Below, piece by piece: positions 18,492-27,478 of a stretch of 64,000 bases of DNA (the first letter of the stretch is position 1; the number at the start of each line of letters is the position of its first letter). The stretch is from Flavobacteriales bacterium. GTDB taxonomy: Bacteria > Bacteroidota > Bacteroidia > Flavobacteriales > CAJXXR01. The position numbers and the translations under genes were made by a program. The stretch spans positions 180,695-244,694 of the forward strand of contig JAOAQX010000007.1 of the NCBI GenBank assembly GCA_025210805.1, in the 5' to 3' direction. The notes below the pieces were generated by a model, which was not told the DNA's origin, did no database searches, and worked only from the letters and a program-made list of their open reading frames with translations.

Positions 18492-19475
18492 CTAAAAGAA
18501 TTTTAAACAATATTCGGCAATTTGAACGGCATTGGTTGCAGCACCTTTTCTAAGGTTATCTGCCACAATCCACATGTTTAAAGTATTGTCATCAGATTCA
18601 TCTCTTCTTAATCTTCCCACAAAAACTTCGTCTTTTTCCTTTGCATAAAGCGGCATAGGGTAGGTTAATGTATCAATATTGTCTTTTAGAACTATTCCTT
18701 CTTGCTCATGAAGCATTTTGCGTACATCTGAAAGCTCATAATCCTTTTTGAATCTTGCATTAACACTTTCGCTGTGTCCTCCCGTTACGGGTACTCTTAC
18801 GGCTGTAGAAGAAACTCTAATAGAGGAATCACCTAATATTTTTTGTGTTTCATGAACCAGTTTCATTTCTTCTTTTGTGTAACCATTCTCTAGGAAAACA
18901 TCACAGTGAGGAATACAGTTTTGATCAATAGGGTATGGGTAAACTTTTGCTGAGTCTTCTCCTTGCCTTTCATGATTCATTTGATCTAAAGCCGCTTTTC
19001 CTGTTCCACTAACCGATTGATAAGTGGAAACAACAATTCTGTCTAGTCCATAGTTTTTATGAAGTGGAAAAAGAGCCAAAACCATTTGAATGGTACTACA
19101 ATTTGGATTGGCTATTATTTTAGTTTCTTCAGAAATTGTTTCAGGGTTTATTTCTGGAACTACCAAAGGAATCTTTTTGTGCATTCTCCATGCCGAAGAA
19201 TTATCAATTACAAATGTTCCTTTCTCAGCAAACAATGGAGCATATTTTATTGAAGTCTCAGAACCCGCAGAAAAAAGTGCGATATCCATTTCGAGTTTTA
19301 ATGCTTCATCCGCTGTTATTATGTTAAATTCTCTATTCTGAAAATTAATTTTCTTACCCACAGAAGATGAAGAAGCAATAGGAATAAGCTCTTTTACAGG
19401 AAAATTACGTTCTTCTAACAATTTTATGATTTTGGAACCCACTAAACCTGTGGCTCCTACAACTGCAATACGCAT
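18492..19475 (-). CDS. asd: aspartate-semialdehyde dehydrogenase
   Basis: 327 aa with the NAD-binding N-terminus MRIAVVGATGLVGSK and the active-site Cys context ANPNCSTIQMV. Confidence 0.93.
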   Translation of the reverse strand: MRIAVVGATGLVGSKIIKLLEERNFPVKELIPIASSSSVGKKINFQNREFNIITADEALKLEMDIALFSAGSETSIKYAPLFAEKGTFVIDNSSAWRMHKKIPLVVPEINPETISEETKIIANPNCSTIQMVLALFPLHKNYGLDRIVVSTYQSVSGTGKAALDQMNHERQGEDSAKVYPYPIDQNCIPHCDVFLENGYTKEEMKLVHETQKILGDSSIRVSSTAVRVPVTGGHSESVNARFKKDYELSDVRKMLHEQEGIVLKDNIDTLTYPMPLYAKEKDEVFVGRLRRDESDDNTLNMWIVADNLRKGAATNAVQIAEYCLKFF

Positions 19476-19628
19476 ATCTTTACATTTTTAATACAAGTGA
19501 CAATCTTTAGACAAAATTGCCCAAAAATTGATAGATTTTCTCTCAAAAAGCACATTTTTTAATGAAATGTTCAATTTTAAACCAATTTTCACATTTAATG
19601 TCATTTATGGTATTGAATTGCATCTCTA

Positions 19629-19962
19629 TGTCAATTCGAGTGGTTTTTGATGGAATGCAATGGAGTCAAAAATTGCATCACTCTTGTCAGTTCGAGTGGT
19701 TTTTGATGGAATACAGTGGAATCAAAATTGCATCACTCTTGTCAGTTCGAGTGGTTTTTGATGGAATGCAATGGAGTCAAAAATTGTATCGAGAACAACA
19801 TACGATCGTCAAAAAAGTTCTCGATACAATTTCTTTTCCGTTTCTCTTCAAAGAAATCACTCGAACTGACAGAGAAGTAAAATAGTATCACTCTTGTCAG
19901 TTCGAGTGGTTTTTGATGGAATACAGTGGAGTCAAAAATTTTATCACTCTTGTCAGTTCGAG
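19629..19962. repeat. R-family locus 4: module-B sub-array (55-56-bp period) with one reversed module A
   Basis: TGTCA(A/G)TTCGAGTGG starts at 19629, 19685, 19740, 19895 and 19951. A reversed module A lies at 19817-19871. Confidence 0.9.
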
Positions 19963-20720
19963 TTCAACAAACACCATATAACACTCTCCAAAGTGTTAAG
20001 AACATATCCTCCAGATTGTATTTCGTTTTCAACAATAGACATTAGATTACCTGATAATATTCTATCAAACAAAATTAACTCGTTACTATTAAATTCTTGA
20101 ATTTCTGCATAATTCTTCACATTGTCAATGGCTATTTTATAAGCTTTTTCAGTATCAAATTTTAATAATTCTAAACCAAATTCTACAAACAAAAAACATG
20201 AAAAAATTGATCTAAAATGAGCGTGTGTTATCGAGGATACTTTTTTAATCATAGAATATCTTTTATTGATATCATTTTCATTTTTTAAGAAAAATATCAT
20301 TGGAAGAATTCTCATCAATGATCCATTACCGTTATTTTCTTCAAAAAAAGCCCCGCTAAATAAAGGATTTTCGCCCTTCATTACTCTCTCTATACTTTCT
20401 TTTGTGGTATTTCCAATATCAAAAACCTTATTATGGGCTCCCCAAAATCCATCGCGATACCACTTAACAAAATTCTGAGCCATATCATCTAAACAAAAAC
20501 TTTTACATAAACTTTCTGCTGTACAAAACATCATAGAAGAATCATCAGAAAACGTACCTGGTGGTTGATTCCAAGTCCCATATCCTCTATAATTAGTAAC
20601 CGGATTTTTGATAAGAGACTTTCTTGTCGAAAATTCTACAGGTACACCCAAAGCATCACCTATCGCATGTCCTAAAAAGGAAGCCATAATATCAGATTTT
20701 GACAAAATTTGATTGTTCAT
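19953..20720 (-). CDS. ADP-ribosylglycohydrolase family protein, apparently 3'-truncated (possible pseudogene)
   Basis: 255 aa with the N-terminal metal-site motif HAIGDALGVPVEF. The ORF ends at ...SGGYVLNTLESVIWCLLNSN, before the expected C-terminal GGDTDT-type motif. The last codons and the stop come from the R-family repeat. Confidence 0.6.
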   Translation of the reverse strand: MNNQILSKSDIMASFLGHAIGDALGVPVEFSTRKSLIKNPVTNYRGYGTWNQPPGTFSDDSSMMFCTAESLCKSFCLDDMAQNFVKWYRDGFWGAHNKVFDIGNTTKESIERVMKGENPLFSGAFFEENNGNGSLMRILPMIFFLKNENDINKRYSMIKKVSSITHAHFRSIFSCFLFVEFGLELLKFDTEKAYKIAIDNVKNYAEIQEFNSNELILFDRILSGNLMSIVENEIQSGGYVLNTLESVIWCLLNSN

Positions 20721-20860
20721 TATTCGAAATTTTAAGTTTCTATATTAAACAAATATTTTTGTTTTCACTTTAAATATTTCATTTGCTTTATATTTTCAAT
20801 AAGCATCATGGATATTCATTTTATTAAACGCTTCTATTTATTTCAATTCAGATAATAGTT

Positions 20861-20868
20861 TACTTTTG
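20861..20868 (+). promoter_or_regulatory. candidate Bacteroidota -7 promoter box (TAnnTTTG)
   Basis: TACTTTTG, 12 nt upstream of the rpiB ATG. Confidence 0.4.
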
Positions 20869-20880
20869 TAAAAAAAAGTC

Positions 20881-21333
20881 ATGAAAATTATCATTGGATC
20901 AGATCACGCTGGTGTGAGTTATAAAAAAGCGATTGTTGCTTTATTAGAATCAAAAGGAATTAACGTTCAAGATATCGGACCTTTTACAGAAAATAGTGTT
21001 CACTATCCTGAATATGCGCATGCCGTAGCTTTTGAGTTATTACATACGGATGAAGAATCACTTGGGATTGTTCTTTGTGGAAGTGGAAATGGAATTAATA
21101 TGACTGTAAATAAGCATCAAGCTGTTCGTTCTGCACTTTGTTGGAATGCAGAAATAGCGAGTTTGGCTCGCCAACATAATGATGCTAATATTCTTTCTTT
21201 ACCTGCTCGTTTTGTTTCAGAAAAAGAAGCTTTGGAAATCGTTGAAGCATTTTTAGCTGCAGAATTTGAAGGAGGAAGACATGCTACTCGTGTAGATATG
21301 ATTCCTATCCAAGATATAGAAATTGATGAATAA
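20881..21333 (+). CDS. rpiB: ribose-5-phosphate isomerase B
   Basis: 150 aa with MKIIIGSDHAGVSYK and CGSGNGINMTVNKH motifs typical of RpiB/LacAB. Confidence 0.92.
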   Translation: MKIIIGSDHAGVSYKKAIVALLESKGINVQDIGPFTENSVHYPEYAHAVAFELLHTDEESLGIVLCGSGNGINMTVNKHQAVRSALCWNAEIASLARQHNDANILSLPARFVSEKEALEIVEAFLAAEFEGGRHATRVDMIPIQDIEIDE

Positions 21334-21354
21334 TAATCATCTGCTTTACGATAA

Positions 21355-21394
21355 AATAAGCCTGTGAAATTGAGTTTTCACAGGCTTATTTTTT
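21355..21394 (+). terminator. rho-independent terminator of rpiB
   Basis: Stem AAGCCTGTGAAA/TTTCACAGGCTT followed by ATTTTTT. Confidence 0.7.
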
Positions 21395-21432
21395 ACAATT
21401 ATTTAAAATTTTCTGGCTAAAAAACATGAATT

Positions 21433-21446
21433 GTTCCACGTGGAAC
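21433..21446. promoter_or_regulatory. 14-bp perfect palindrome GTTCCACGTGGAAC, 7 nt downstream of the mnmG stop codon
   Basis: Read directly from the sequence. The 17-mer ATTGTTCCACGTGGAAC (21430-21446) is repeated exactly at 23335-23351. Confidence 0.4.
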
Positions 21447-21452
21447 TTTTAT

Positions 21453-23324
21453 TTATCTTCCCATATAGACTAAAAGCACACTTACATCTGAGGGAGAAAC
21501 TCCAGAAATTCTTGATGCCTGACCGATAGTTCCTGGTTTAATTTCTTTGAGTTTATTCTTTCCCTCAGAACTTAAAGAAGGGATTTCTTCAAAGTTTACC
21601 CAAGCGGGTATTTTTGTTTGTTCTAGCTTCTCTAGTTTCTTGGCATTATCTTCTTCTCTCTTTATATATCCACTATATTTTGTAAGAATTTCTACTTGCT
21701 CAATGGCTTCTTCATCTCTTCCGTTTTGCTCATAATATTCCTTGATTGTTGGCAAAACTTCTAGGTCTTTGAAGCTTACATTGGGTCTAGAAAGTACGTT
21801 CTTTATTTTGTTTTTTTGTTTCAAAATTTGCGAACCGATTCTTTCTAAAATAGGATTTACAAGAACTGGATCTGCTGATTCTTTCTGAATAAATGCATCT
21901 AATTGATCTGCATATTCAAGTTTTTCCTTCAATCTAACAAGACGATTTTCATCAGCTAAACCTAAATGATAACCTTTTTCGGTAAGTCTAATATCTGCAT
22001 TATCTTGTCTTAATAATAAGCGATATTCTGCCCTTGAGGTAAACATTCTATAAGGTTCATTTGTTCCTTTGTTTACCAAATCATCTATCAGAACGCCGAT
22101 ATAAGCTTCATTTCTCAATAAAACAAATTCCTCTTCCTTTCTTATTTTTCTTACGGCATTTATAGCAGCTATCAATCCTTGACATCCTGCCTCTTCATAG
22201 CCTGTAGTTCCATTAATTTGCCCTGCGAAATAAAGTCCGTTTACTTTTTTTGTTTCAAGTGTTCTTCTCAATTGTGTTGGCGGAAAATAATCATATTCTA
22301 TCGCATAACCTGGTTTAAACATTTTCACATTTTCAAAACCTGGAATCAATTTCAGTGCTTGATATTGTATTTCTTCTGGCAAGGAAGTAGAAAATCCATT
22401 AACATAGATTTCACAGGTTTCCGCTCCTTCGGGTTCTACAAATATTTGATGTCTATTTCGCTCAGAAAAACGAGTGATTTTATCTTCAATAGATGGGCAG
22501 TATCTTGGTCCAAGTCCTTTTATTCTGCCCTGAAACATGGGTGATTCACTAAATCCTTGTTCCAAAATTTTATGTACTTCAGGATTGGTATAAGTGATAT
22601 AACAACTTCTTTGCTTTTCCAATACTTTGGTTTGCGTATAAGAAAATTTTAAGGGATTTTCATCTCCTGGTTGTTCTTCCATTTTAGAATAATCCAGACT
22701 TCTTCCGTCCACTCTTGGTGGGGTTCCTGTCTTCATTCTACCCGATTCGAAACCGAGTTCTTGTAAAGCTTCTGTAAGTCCTTTTGCAGCATGTTCGCCA
22801 GAACGTCCTCCACCAAATTGTTTATTTCCTATATGGATTTTTCCATTCAGAAAAGTACCGTTTGTTAGTATAACTGTTTCTGCAAAAATGGTCATTCCTA
22901 ACTGTGTTTTCACACCTTTTATTATTCCATCTTCCACAATAAGATCAGTAACCATATCTTGCCAGAAATCCAACATTTCTTGTTTTTCAAGCTCTATTCT
23001 CCATCGATCTGCAAAACGCATTCGGTCTGATTGAGCTCGTGGACTCCACATAGCAGGTCCCTTGGATCTATTGAGTATTTTAAACTGGATCATGGTTTCG
23101 TCAGTGATAATTCCTGACATTCCTCCAAGAGCGTCTATTTCTCTAACTATTTGACCTTTTGCAACACCTCCCATGGCAGGATTACAAGACATCTGCCCGA
23201 TAGTTTGCATATTCATGGTAATCAAAAGTGTTTGCTCACCCATCTTTGCGGCAGCATGAGCTGCTTCACAACCCGCATGTCCACCTCCTACAACGATTAC
23301 CTTATATGGTTTTTCTCCAAACAT
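21453..23324 (-). CDS. mnmG: tRNA uridine-5-carboxymethylaminomethyl(34) synthesis enzyme MnmG (GidA)
   Basis: 623 aa with the FAD-binding N-terminus [23 protein letters not shown] and full-length GidA-like sequence. Confidence 0.97.
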   Translation of the reverse strand: MFGEKPYKVIVVGGGHAGCEAAHAAAKMGEQTLLITMNMQTIGQMSCNPAMGGVAKGQIVREIDALGGMSGIITDETMIQFKILNRSKGPAMWSPRAQSDRMRFADRWRIELEKQEMLDFWQDMVTDLIVEDGIIKGVKTQLGMTIFAETVILTNGTFLNGKIHIGNKQFGGGRSGEHAAKGLTEALQELGFESGRMKTGTPPRVDGRSLDYSKMEEQPGDENPLKFSYTQTKVLEKQRSCYITYTNPEVHKILEQGFSESPMFQGRIKGLGPRYCPSIEDKITRFSERNRHQIFVEPEGAETCEIYVNGFSTSLPEEIQYQALKLIPGFENVKMFKPGYAIEYDYFPPTQLRRTLETKKVNGLYFAGQINGTTGYEEAGCQGLIAAINAVRKIRKEEEFVLLRNEAYIGVLIDDLVNKGTNEPYRMFTSRAEYRLLLRQDNADIRLTEKGYHLGLADENRLVRLKEKLEYADQLDAFIQKESADPVLVNPILERIGSQILKQKNKIKNVLSRPNVSFKDLEVLPTIKEYYEQNGRDEEAIEQVEILTKYSGYIKREEDNAKKLEKLEQTKIPAWVNFEEIPSLSSEGKNKLKEIKPGTIGQASRISGVSPSDVSVLLVYMGR

Positions 23325-23332
23325 AATTTCAC

Positions 23333-23764
23333 CTATTGTTCCACGTGGAACATTTTTTTATAAAGGGTTATATAAAAATCTTCTTTTGTACGCATGAGTT
23401 TTTCATCTTCGTCAGATTTATCTTTGTAACCACAAAGATGCAGTACTCCATGACAAAGTACTCGAAGTAATTCATCTCCGAAATTGACTTGATAATATTC
23501 TGCGTTATCCTTTATGCGTTCTATGCTGATAAATAAATCACCACTAATTACCGAATCTTCCACATAATCAAATGTGATAATATCCGTGTAATAGTCATGA
23601 TTCAAATATTCTCTATTTATTTTAAGAAGATACTCATCATCACAAAGAATATAAGAGATATCACCTTCTGTTAGAGATTCTTCTTCAATGAGTTTAGAAA
23701 TCCATAATTGGATATTTTCTTCTTGCTCTAATTGAAAGTCCGTTTCGTAGTTAAATATCAGCAC
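23333..23764 (-). CDS. ybeY: rRNA maturation RNase YbeY
   Basis: 143 aa with the zinc motif [11 protein letters not shown] and a GTG start. It lies 8 nt upstream of mnmG. Confidence 0.9.
   Translation of the reverse strand: MLIFNYETDFQLEQEENIQLWISKLIEEESLTEGDISYILCDDEYLLKINREYLNHDYYTDIITFDYVEDSVISGDLFISIERIKDNAEYYQVNFGDELLRVLCHGVLHLCGYKDKSDEDEKLMRTKEDFYITLYKKMFHVEQ
23338..23351. promoter_or_regulatory. 14-bp perfect palindrome GTTCCACGTGGAAC, 14 nt upstream of the mnmG start codon (inside the last codons of ybeY)
   Basis: Read directly from the sequence. It encodes the ybeY C-terminus MFHVEQ. Confidence 0.4.
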
Positions 23765-23784
23765 TTTATAATAATTTTGACCTG

Positions 23785-23792
23785 CAAAGGTA
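23785..23792 (-). promoter_or_regulatory. candidate Bacteroidota -7 promoter box (TAnnTTTG)
   Basis: TACCTTTG on the minus strand, 21 nt upstream of the ybeY start codon. Confidence 0.4.
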
Positions 23793-23830
23793 CTAAATTA
23801 TAAGATGTTAATTGGAATTTACTTAACGTT

Positions 23831-24383
23831 ATAACTCTCGTTATAATTAAAAACAGAGTTTTATATTGCCAATAGTTTCTATTATTAAAACTCTCCTACT
23901 GGATATTCTCTCCAAAACAAAACCCTCCCGAAAAGTTAGGACAAGCTCTGTAATTCAAATCCCTCCCGAATAGTCGGGACAAGCTATTTGAAGGGGGTAA
24001 GGGGGATGTTGCATCTTGTTTCATTATCGAATAGCATTTTTTAGTTTCTTTTTATAGGTGGTATTTACTTTGTGTAACATCCCCCTTCCCCCCTTCAAAG
24101 GGGGATTATGATATTCAGTAAATTAACACCACGAAAGCTATAACTTATATTATAATCAAAAACAGAGTTTTATATAGCCAATAGTTTCTTTCTATAGGTG
24201 TTTACTTTGTGTAACATCCCCCTTACCCCCTTCAAAGGGGGATTATGATATTCAGCAAATTAACACCATAAAGGCTATAACTTATATTATAATCAAAAAC
24301 AGAGTTTTATGAAGCCAATAGTTTCTATTATTAAAGCTCTCCTAATGGACATTTTCTCCAAAACAAAACCCTCCCGAAAAGTC
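23831..24383. repeat. S-family composite repeat, locus 2 (nested / partly tandem, about 140-bp period)
   Basis: Inverted repeats at 23988-24014 and 24073-24098, with an extra right end at 24210-24235. Hairpin modules at 23921, 23961 and 24368. The anchor TAGTTTCT recurs at 23873, 24042, 24182 and 24319. Confidence 0.85.
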
Positions 24384-24428
24384 TGTAAACGTTTCAAAGA
24401 GGGTTAAAAACTAATTGATATAGATTCA

Positions 24429-25769
24429 CTATAAACCGCCAATTTCAGCAATCTTGGCAAATACTTTCTTTGCCTCACCTATATGTCTTGGTGCAGCTAC
24501 GAGTTGTCTTTTATTATTGACAATAAAAAATGAAGGGGTTTTTATTACTCTAAAATCATCTGCAATTGGTGAATCCCATTTTTTAAGATCTGAAACATTC
24601 ACCCAATCTTTTTTCTGCTTCTTCAAAGCATCTTGCCAAGCGGCCTTATAATTATCCATAGAGAATGCTACAAATTCTACTTTGTGCTTTTTTAAAACGT
24701 CATACAGTCTTTCTATTTCTGGCATTTGTTCTTCACAGTGCTTACACCAGCTAGACCAAAAGAAAAGCATGGTATAATTATTTTTTGATACAATATCTGA
24801 GAATCTGATATTCTTTCCTTTGTCATCAGGAGCTTTAAAATCAAAAGTTACCGCTCCTACCGAGAGTTTCTTGAAAGATTCTCCTTTCTTTTTTAGCAAG
24901 TCACTCACCTTAAAATCTCCTCCACAGTCTTCTCCATAAATATATTCGTCCATTATATATTTCGAAATATCTTTAAATCCGCTATTATGAAATCCTTCGA
25001 GCATTTGATAAGCAGCAAACTCATAAACCTCCTGTGTTACTTTTGCTCTTCCCATAAACTCATCTACACAGTCCATCATTTTATACTTCTGTCCTTGCCC
25101 GTATCTCACGATGAATTGAGACAATCTTTTTGATAAAACTGGAGTGTTTAGCAAGCGTGTATCTTTAAAATCATAATCATCCCAAAATTTACTCATCTCC
25201 TTTTTATTATCGGGGTCGAGTGCCAAAATCATGGCGGTGAAAAATGTTTTTGGTCCCTTATCTACCAATTCAGAAACTTTCTTGAAATGTTGCATTTCGG
25301 TTTTCTGAATACTTTCCATATAGGCTTTTCTCTTTTCTTGACTAAGATTAGGAATCGACAAATTTTTCTTGATGCCTTGAAGAACGATATTTTTTCTTCT
25401 AAGTGAATTTTGATACGTTGTATATAGTGAATTCTCTAACTCAGAAACACTCGATTCTCTAAGTGAATTAGAATTAAAAAAGAACATTATTTCCTTTTGG
25501 TTATTTAATATTATGTCAAATCCTTGTTTGGTTTTTGGATCTTTTATTTTATACAACCCAACAGGGCGTTTTTCATTTTTAAAGATAAATTGCCGTCCAT
25601 TCGTAATATTTACTTCAGAAACTTTTTTTGTTTTGTTTCCTTCGTAAATGTGAAGTTCAATTTTATCACCTCCTGGGTAATTGGCTTGAAATTTTCCTTC
25701 TATTTTTTGTGCCTTGAGCGAATTTGTAAAAAATCCTAAACTAAGGACCACCAGCAAAAACTTTTTCAT
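24429..25769 (-). CDS. TlpA-family thiol:disulfide oxidoreductase (thioredoxin-like) with N-terminal extra domain
   Basis: C-terminal thioredoxin fold with FFWSSWCKHCEEQMPEI (WCxxC). The track start 25844 overlaps oxyR. The ATG at 25769 gives MKKFLLVVLSLGFFTNSLKAQ (signal peptide) and removes the overlap. Confidence 0.8.
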   Translation of the reverse strand: MKKFLLVVLSLGFFTNSLKAQKIEGKFQANYPGGDKIELHIYEGNKTKKVSEVNITNGRQFIFKNEKRPVGLYKIKDPKTKQGFDIILNNQKEIMFFFNSNSLRESSVSELENSLYTTYQNSLRRKNIVLQGIKKNLSIPNLSQEKRKAYMESIQKTEMQHFKKVSELVDKGPKTFFTAMILALDPDNKKEMSKFWDDYDFKDTRLLNTPVLSKRLSQFIVRYGQGQKYKMMDCVDEFMGRAKVTQEVYEFAAYQMLEGFHNSGFKDISKYIMDEYIYGEDCGGDFKVSDLLKKKGESFKKLSVGAVTFDFKAPDDKGKNIRFSDIVSKNNYTMLFFWSSWCKHCEEQMPEIERLYDVLKKHKVEFVAFSMDNYKAAWQDALKKQKKDWVNVSDLKKWDSPIADDFRVIKTPSFFIVNNKRQLVAAPRHIGEAKKVFAKIAEIGGL

Positions 25770-25774
25770 ATCTT

Positions 25775-26725
25775 TTATTTCCATTCTACAATTTGACCTC
25801 TTTCTCGATAATGCATCACGGGTGAGACAACCGATTTTAAACATTCTTCCAATAAAGATACCAATCTTTCCTTCGAAAAATTTCTTGATACCGCAATACT
25901 CACTTCCCGCAAAGGAGTAAAATCAGAAAATTCTTTTATATGTTTCAGTTTAGAATCCTCCAAATCTAAAACGGTTAATTCTGGTAACAATGTAAACCCT
26001 CCTTCCCTATCAATCATTTTTATGAGCGTTTCAAAAGAACTACTTTGATATTTGTATTCACAACCTGTATGGCTATTATCGGTTCCTCTATGCGCACAAA
26101 GATTGATTACTTGAGATTGAAAACAGTTCCCAGTATTCAGTAACCATAAATCTTCTGTATCAAGATCAGTAGTCTTAATTTGTTCTTTTGAGAATAGATC
26201 ATGTGTTTTATTTACGTAGATTTTGATATCCTCATAGAACACGGGAATAGTTGTTATTGCCTCTTCGTTTGGCAATGGAGTTACGAGAATCCCTACATCG
26301 ATCAAATCCTTATTTAAACGCTCTAAAATTTGTTCTGTTTTCAATTCCTCAATCTCTAGGCAAACTTGCGGATACTTCCTCTTAAATGTTCCTAAAAAAC
26401 GAGGGATAACCGTATTTGCCAAAGTAGGTATAATTCCTATTTTTAGGCTCCCAGAAATTTCATTATTATGAAAATTTATGAGCTCTTTTATCTTCTTGTC
26501 CTCACTCAAAATTTTGCGGGCTTGCTCAATAATTTTTTTACCGACATCAGTGGGTAAAACAGGCTGTTTTGTTCTATCAAAAATGACCACTTCTAACTCC
26601 TGCTCTAGCTTTTTTATTTGCATACTTAAAGTGGGCTGACTCACGAAACATTTGTCTGCCGCCGTAGCAAAATGACGATAAGTATCTACCGCCACGATAT
26701 ACTGATATTGAGTAATGGATGCCAT
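25775..26725 (-). CDS. oxyR: LysR-family transcriptional regulator, OxyR-like
   Basis: N-terminal LysR HTH (HFATAADKCFVSQPTLSMQIKKLEQELEV) and a Cys pair 9 residues apart (GNCFQSQVINLC), as for OxyR C199/C208. The start was moved to ATG 26725 (MASITQYQY). A CAAAGATA -7 box lies 19 nt upstream. Confidence 0.78.
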   Translation of the reverse strand: MASITQYQYIVAVDTYRHFATAADKCFVSQPTLSMQIKKLEQELEVVIFDRTKQPVLPTDVGKKIIEQARKILSEDKKIKELINFHNNEISGSLKIGIIPTLANTVIPRFLGTFKRKYPQVCLEIEELKTEQILERLNKDLIDVGILVTPLPNEEAITTIPVFYEDIKIYVNKTHDLFSKEQIKTTDLDTEDLWLLNTGNCFQSQVINLCAHRGTDNSHTGCEYKYQSSSFETLIKMIDREGGFTLLPELTVLDLEDSKLKHIKEFSDFTPLREVSIAVSRNFSKERLVSLLEECLKSVVSPVMHYRERGQIVEWK

Positions 26726-26743
26726 ATTCAAAAAATTGTTTTC

Positions 26744-26751
26744 CAAAGATA
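26744..26751 (-). promoter_or_regulatory. candidate Bacteroidota -7 promoter box (TAnnTTTG)
   Basis: TATCTTTG on the minus strand, 19 nt upstream of ATG 26725 (oxyR-like gene). Confidence 0.4.
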
Positions 26752-26978
26752 GACAAAAGCCCCAGTTTTTCAACTTGAACAATTGAATCAATATATATTA
26801 GTTATAGACCTTTTTCTTTTTTATAAATACTAAAAACTATTATATATAATATATCCGTTGATAAGTCATTATTTAAATTCTTTGTTATTTAGTTTATCAT
26901 TTGTTATGAACAAAATTAACAGACTTATCAACGTATTATTTAGCTAATAATAATCAATTTAATGCTTTTATTCACAAC

Positions 26979-27073
26979 TGTGGATAAGTACTATCAACAG
27001 TCTTTTGTGGATAAATTTCTAGTGTATAAACCTGAGGATAACCCCTATTTTCTGTGGGTAATCCTGTGGATTA
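26979..27073. promoter_or_regulatory. cluster of five co-oriented DnaA boxes
   Basis: TGTGGATAA at 26979 and 27006 (both perfect), TGAGGATAA at 27033, TGTGGGTAA at 27053 and TGTGGATTA at 27065. Confidence 0.7.
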
Positions 27074-27470
27074 TTTTTGAAAGGTTGATGAAGGTTTTTT
27101 GAGGATTTTTTTTCATTAAGAAATCTAAATGAAAATATCAAGAGCTAATTTTAAAAACTTGTAAACGTGCTACTAAATTTAATTAACAAAAAATGTTGAA
27201 AAGTCGTTAATGATTTTCAGTTTATTAAGAACAGATATCAACAGACTTGTTGATAAGTATAAATGTAGAATTAGATATTTTTTATACAATGTAAAAATCT
27301 AATTTACAATTAAATAAAACATTACCCTAAGATTAAGTGTTTGTAAATCAATCATGGTGATAAATAGCTAATTGAAGAACGATTTAAGCGTGTTTTTTAA
27401 ATGTATTATAATAAAAAATATAGGATGGCTATTTTTACCAAAAGAATTCCCGAAAACCATTTCTGCATAG

Positions 27471-27478
27471 TAAATTTG
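27471..27478 (+). promoter_or_regulatory. candidate Bacteroidota -7 promoter box (TAnnTTTG)
   Basis: TAAATTTG, 22 nt upstream of ATG 27500 (M16 peptidase). Confidence 0.4.

Noticed and set aside
25770-25844. N-terminal extensions given by the ORF track (tlpA-like to 25844, oxyR-like to 26791, M16 to 27401, korA to 60912, apbC to 62292, helicases to 43963 and 46289).
   Set aside because: The extensions begin at non-ATG codons or add non-signal sequence upstream of a clean signal peptide or conserved N-terminus. Several overlap the upstream gene or cover the predicted -7 box.
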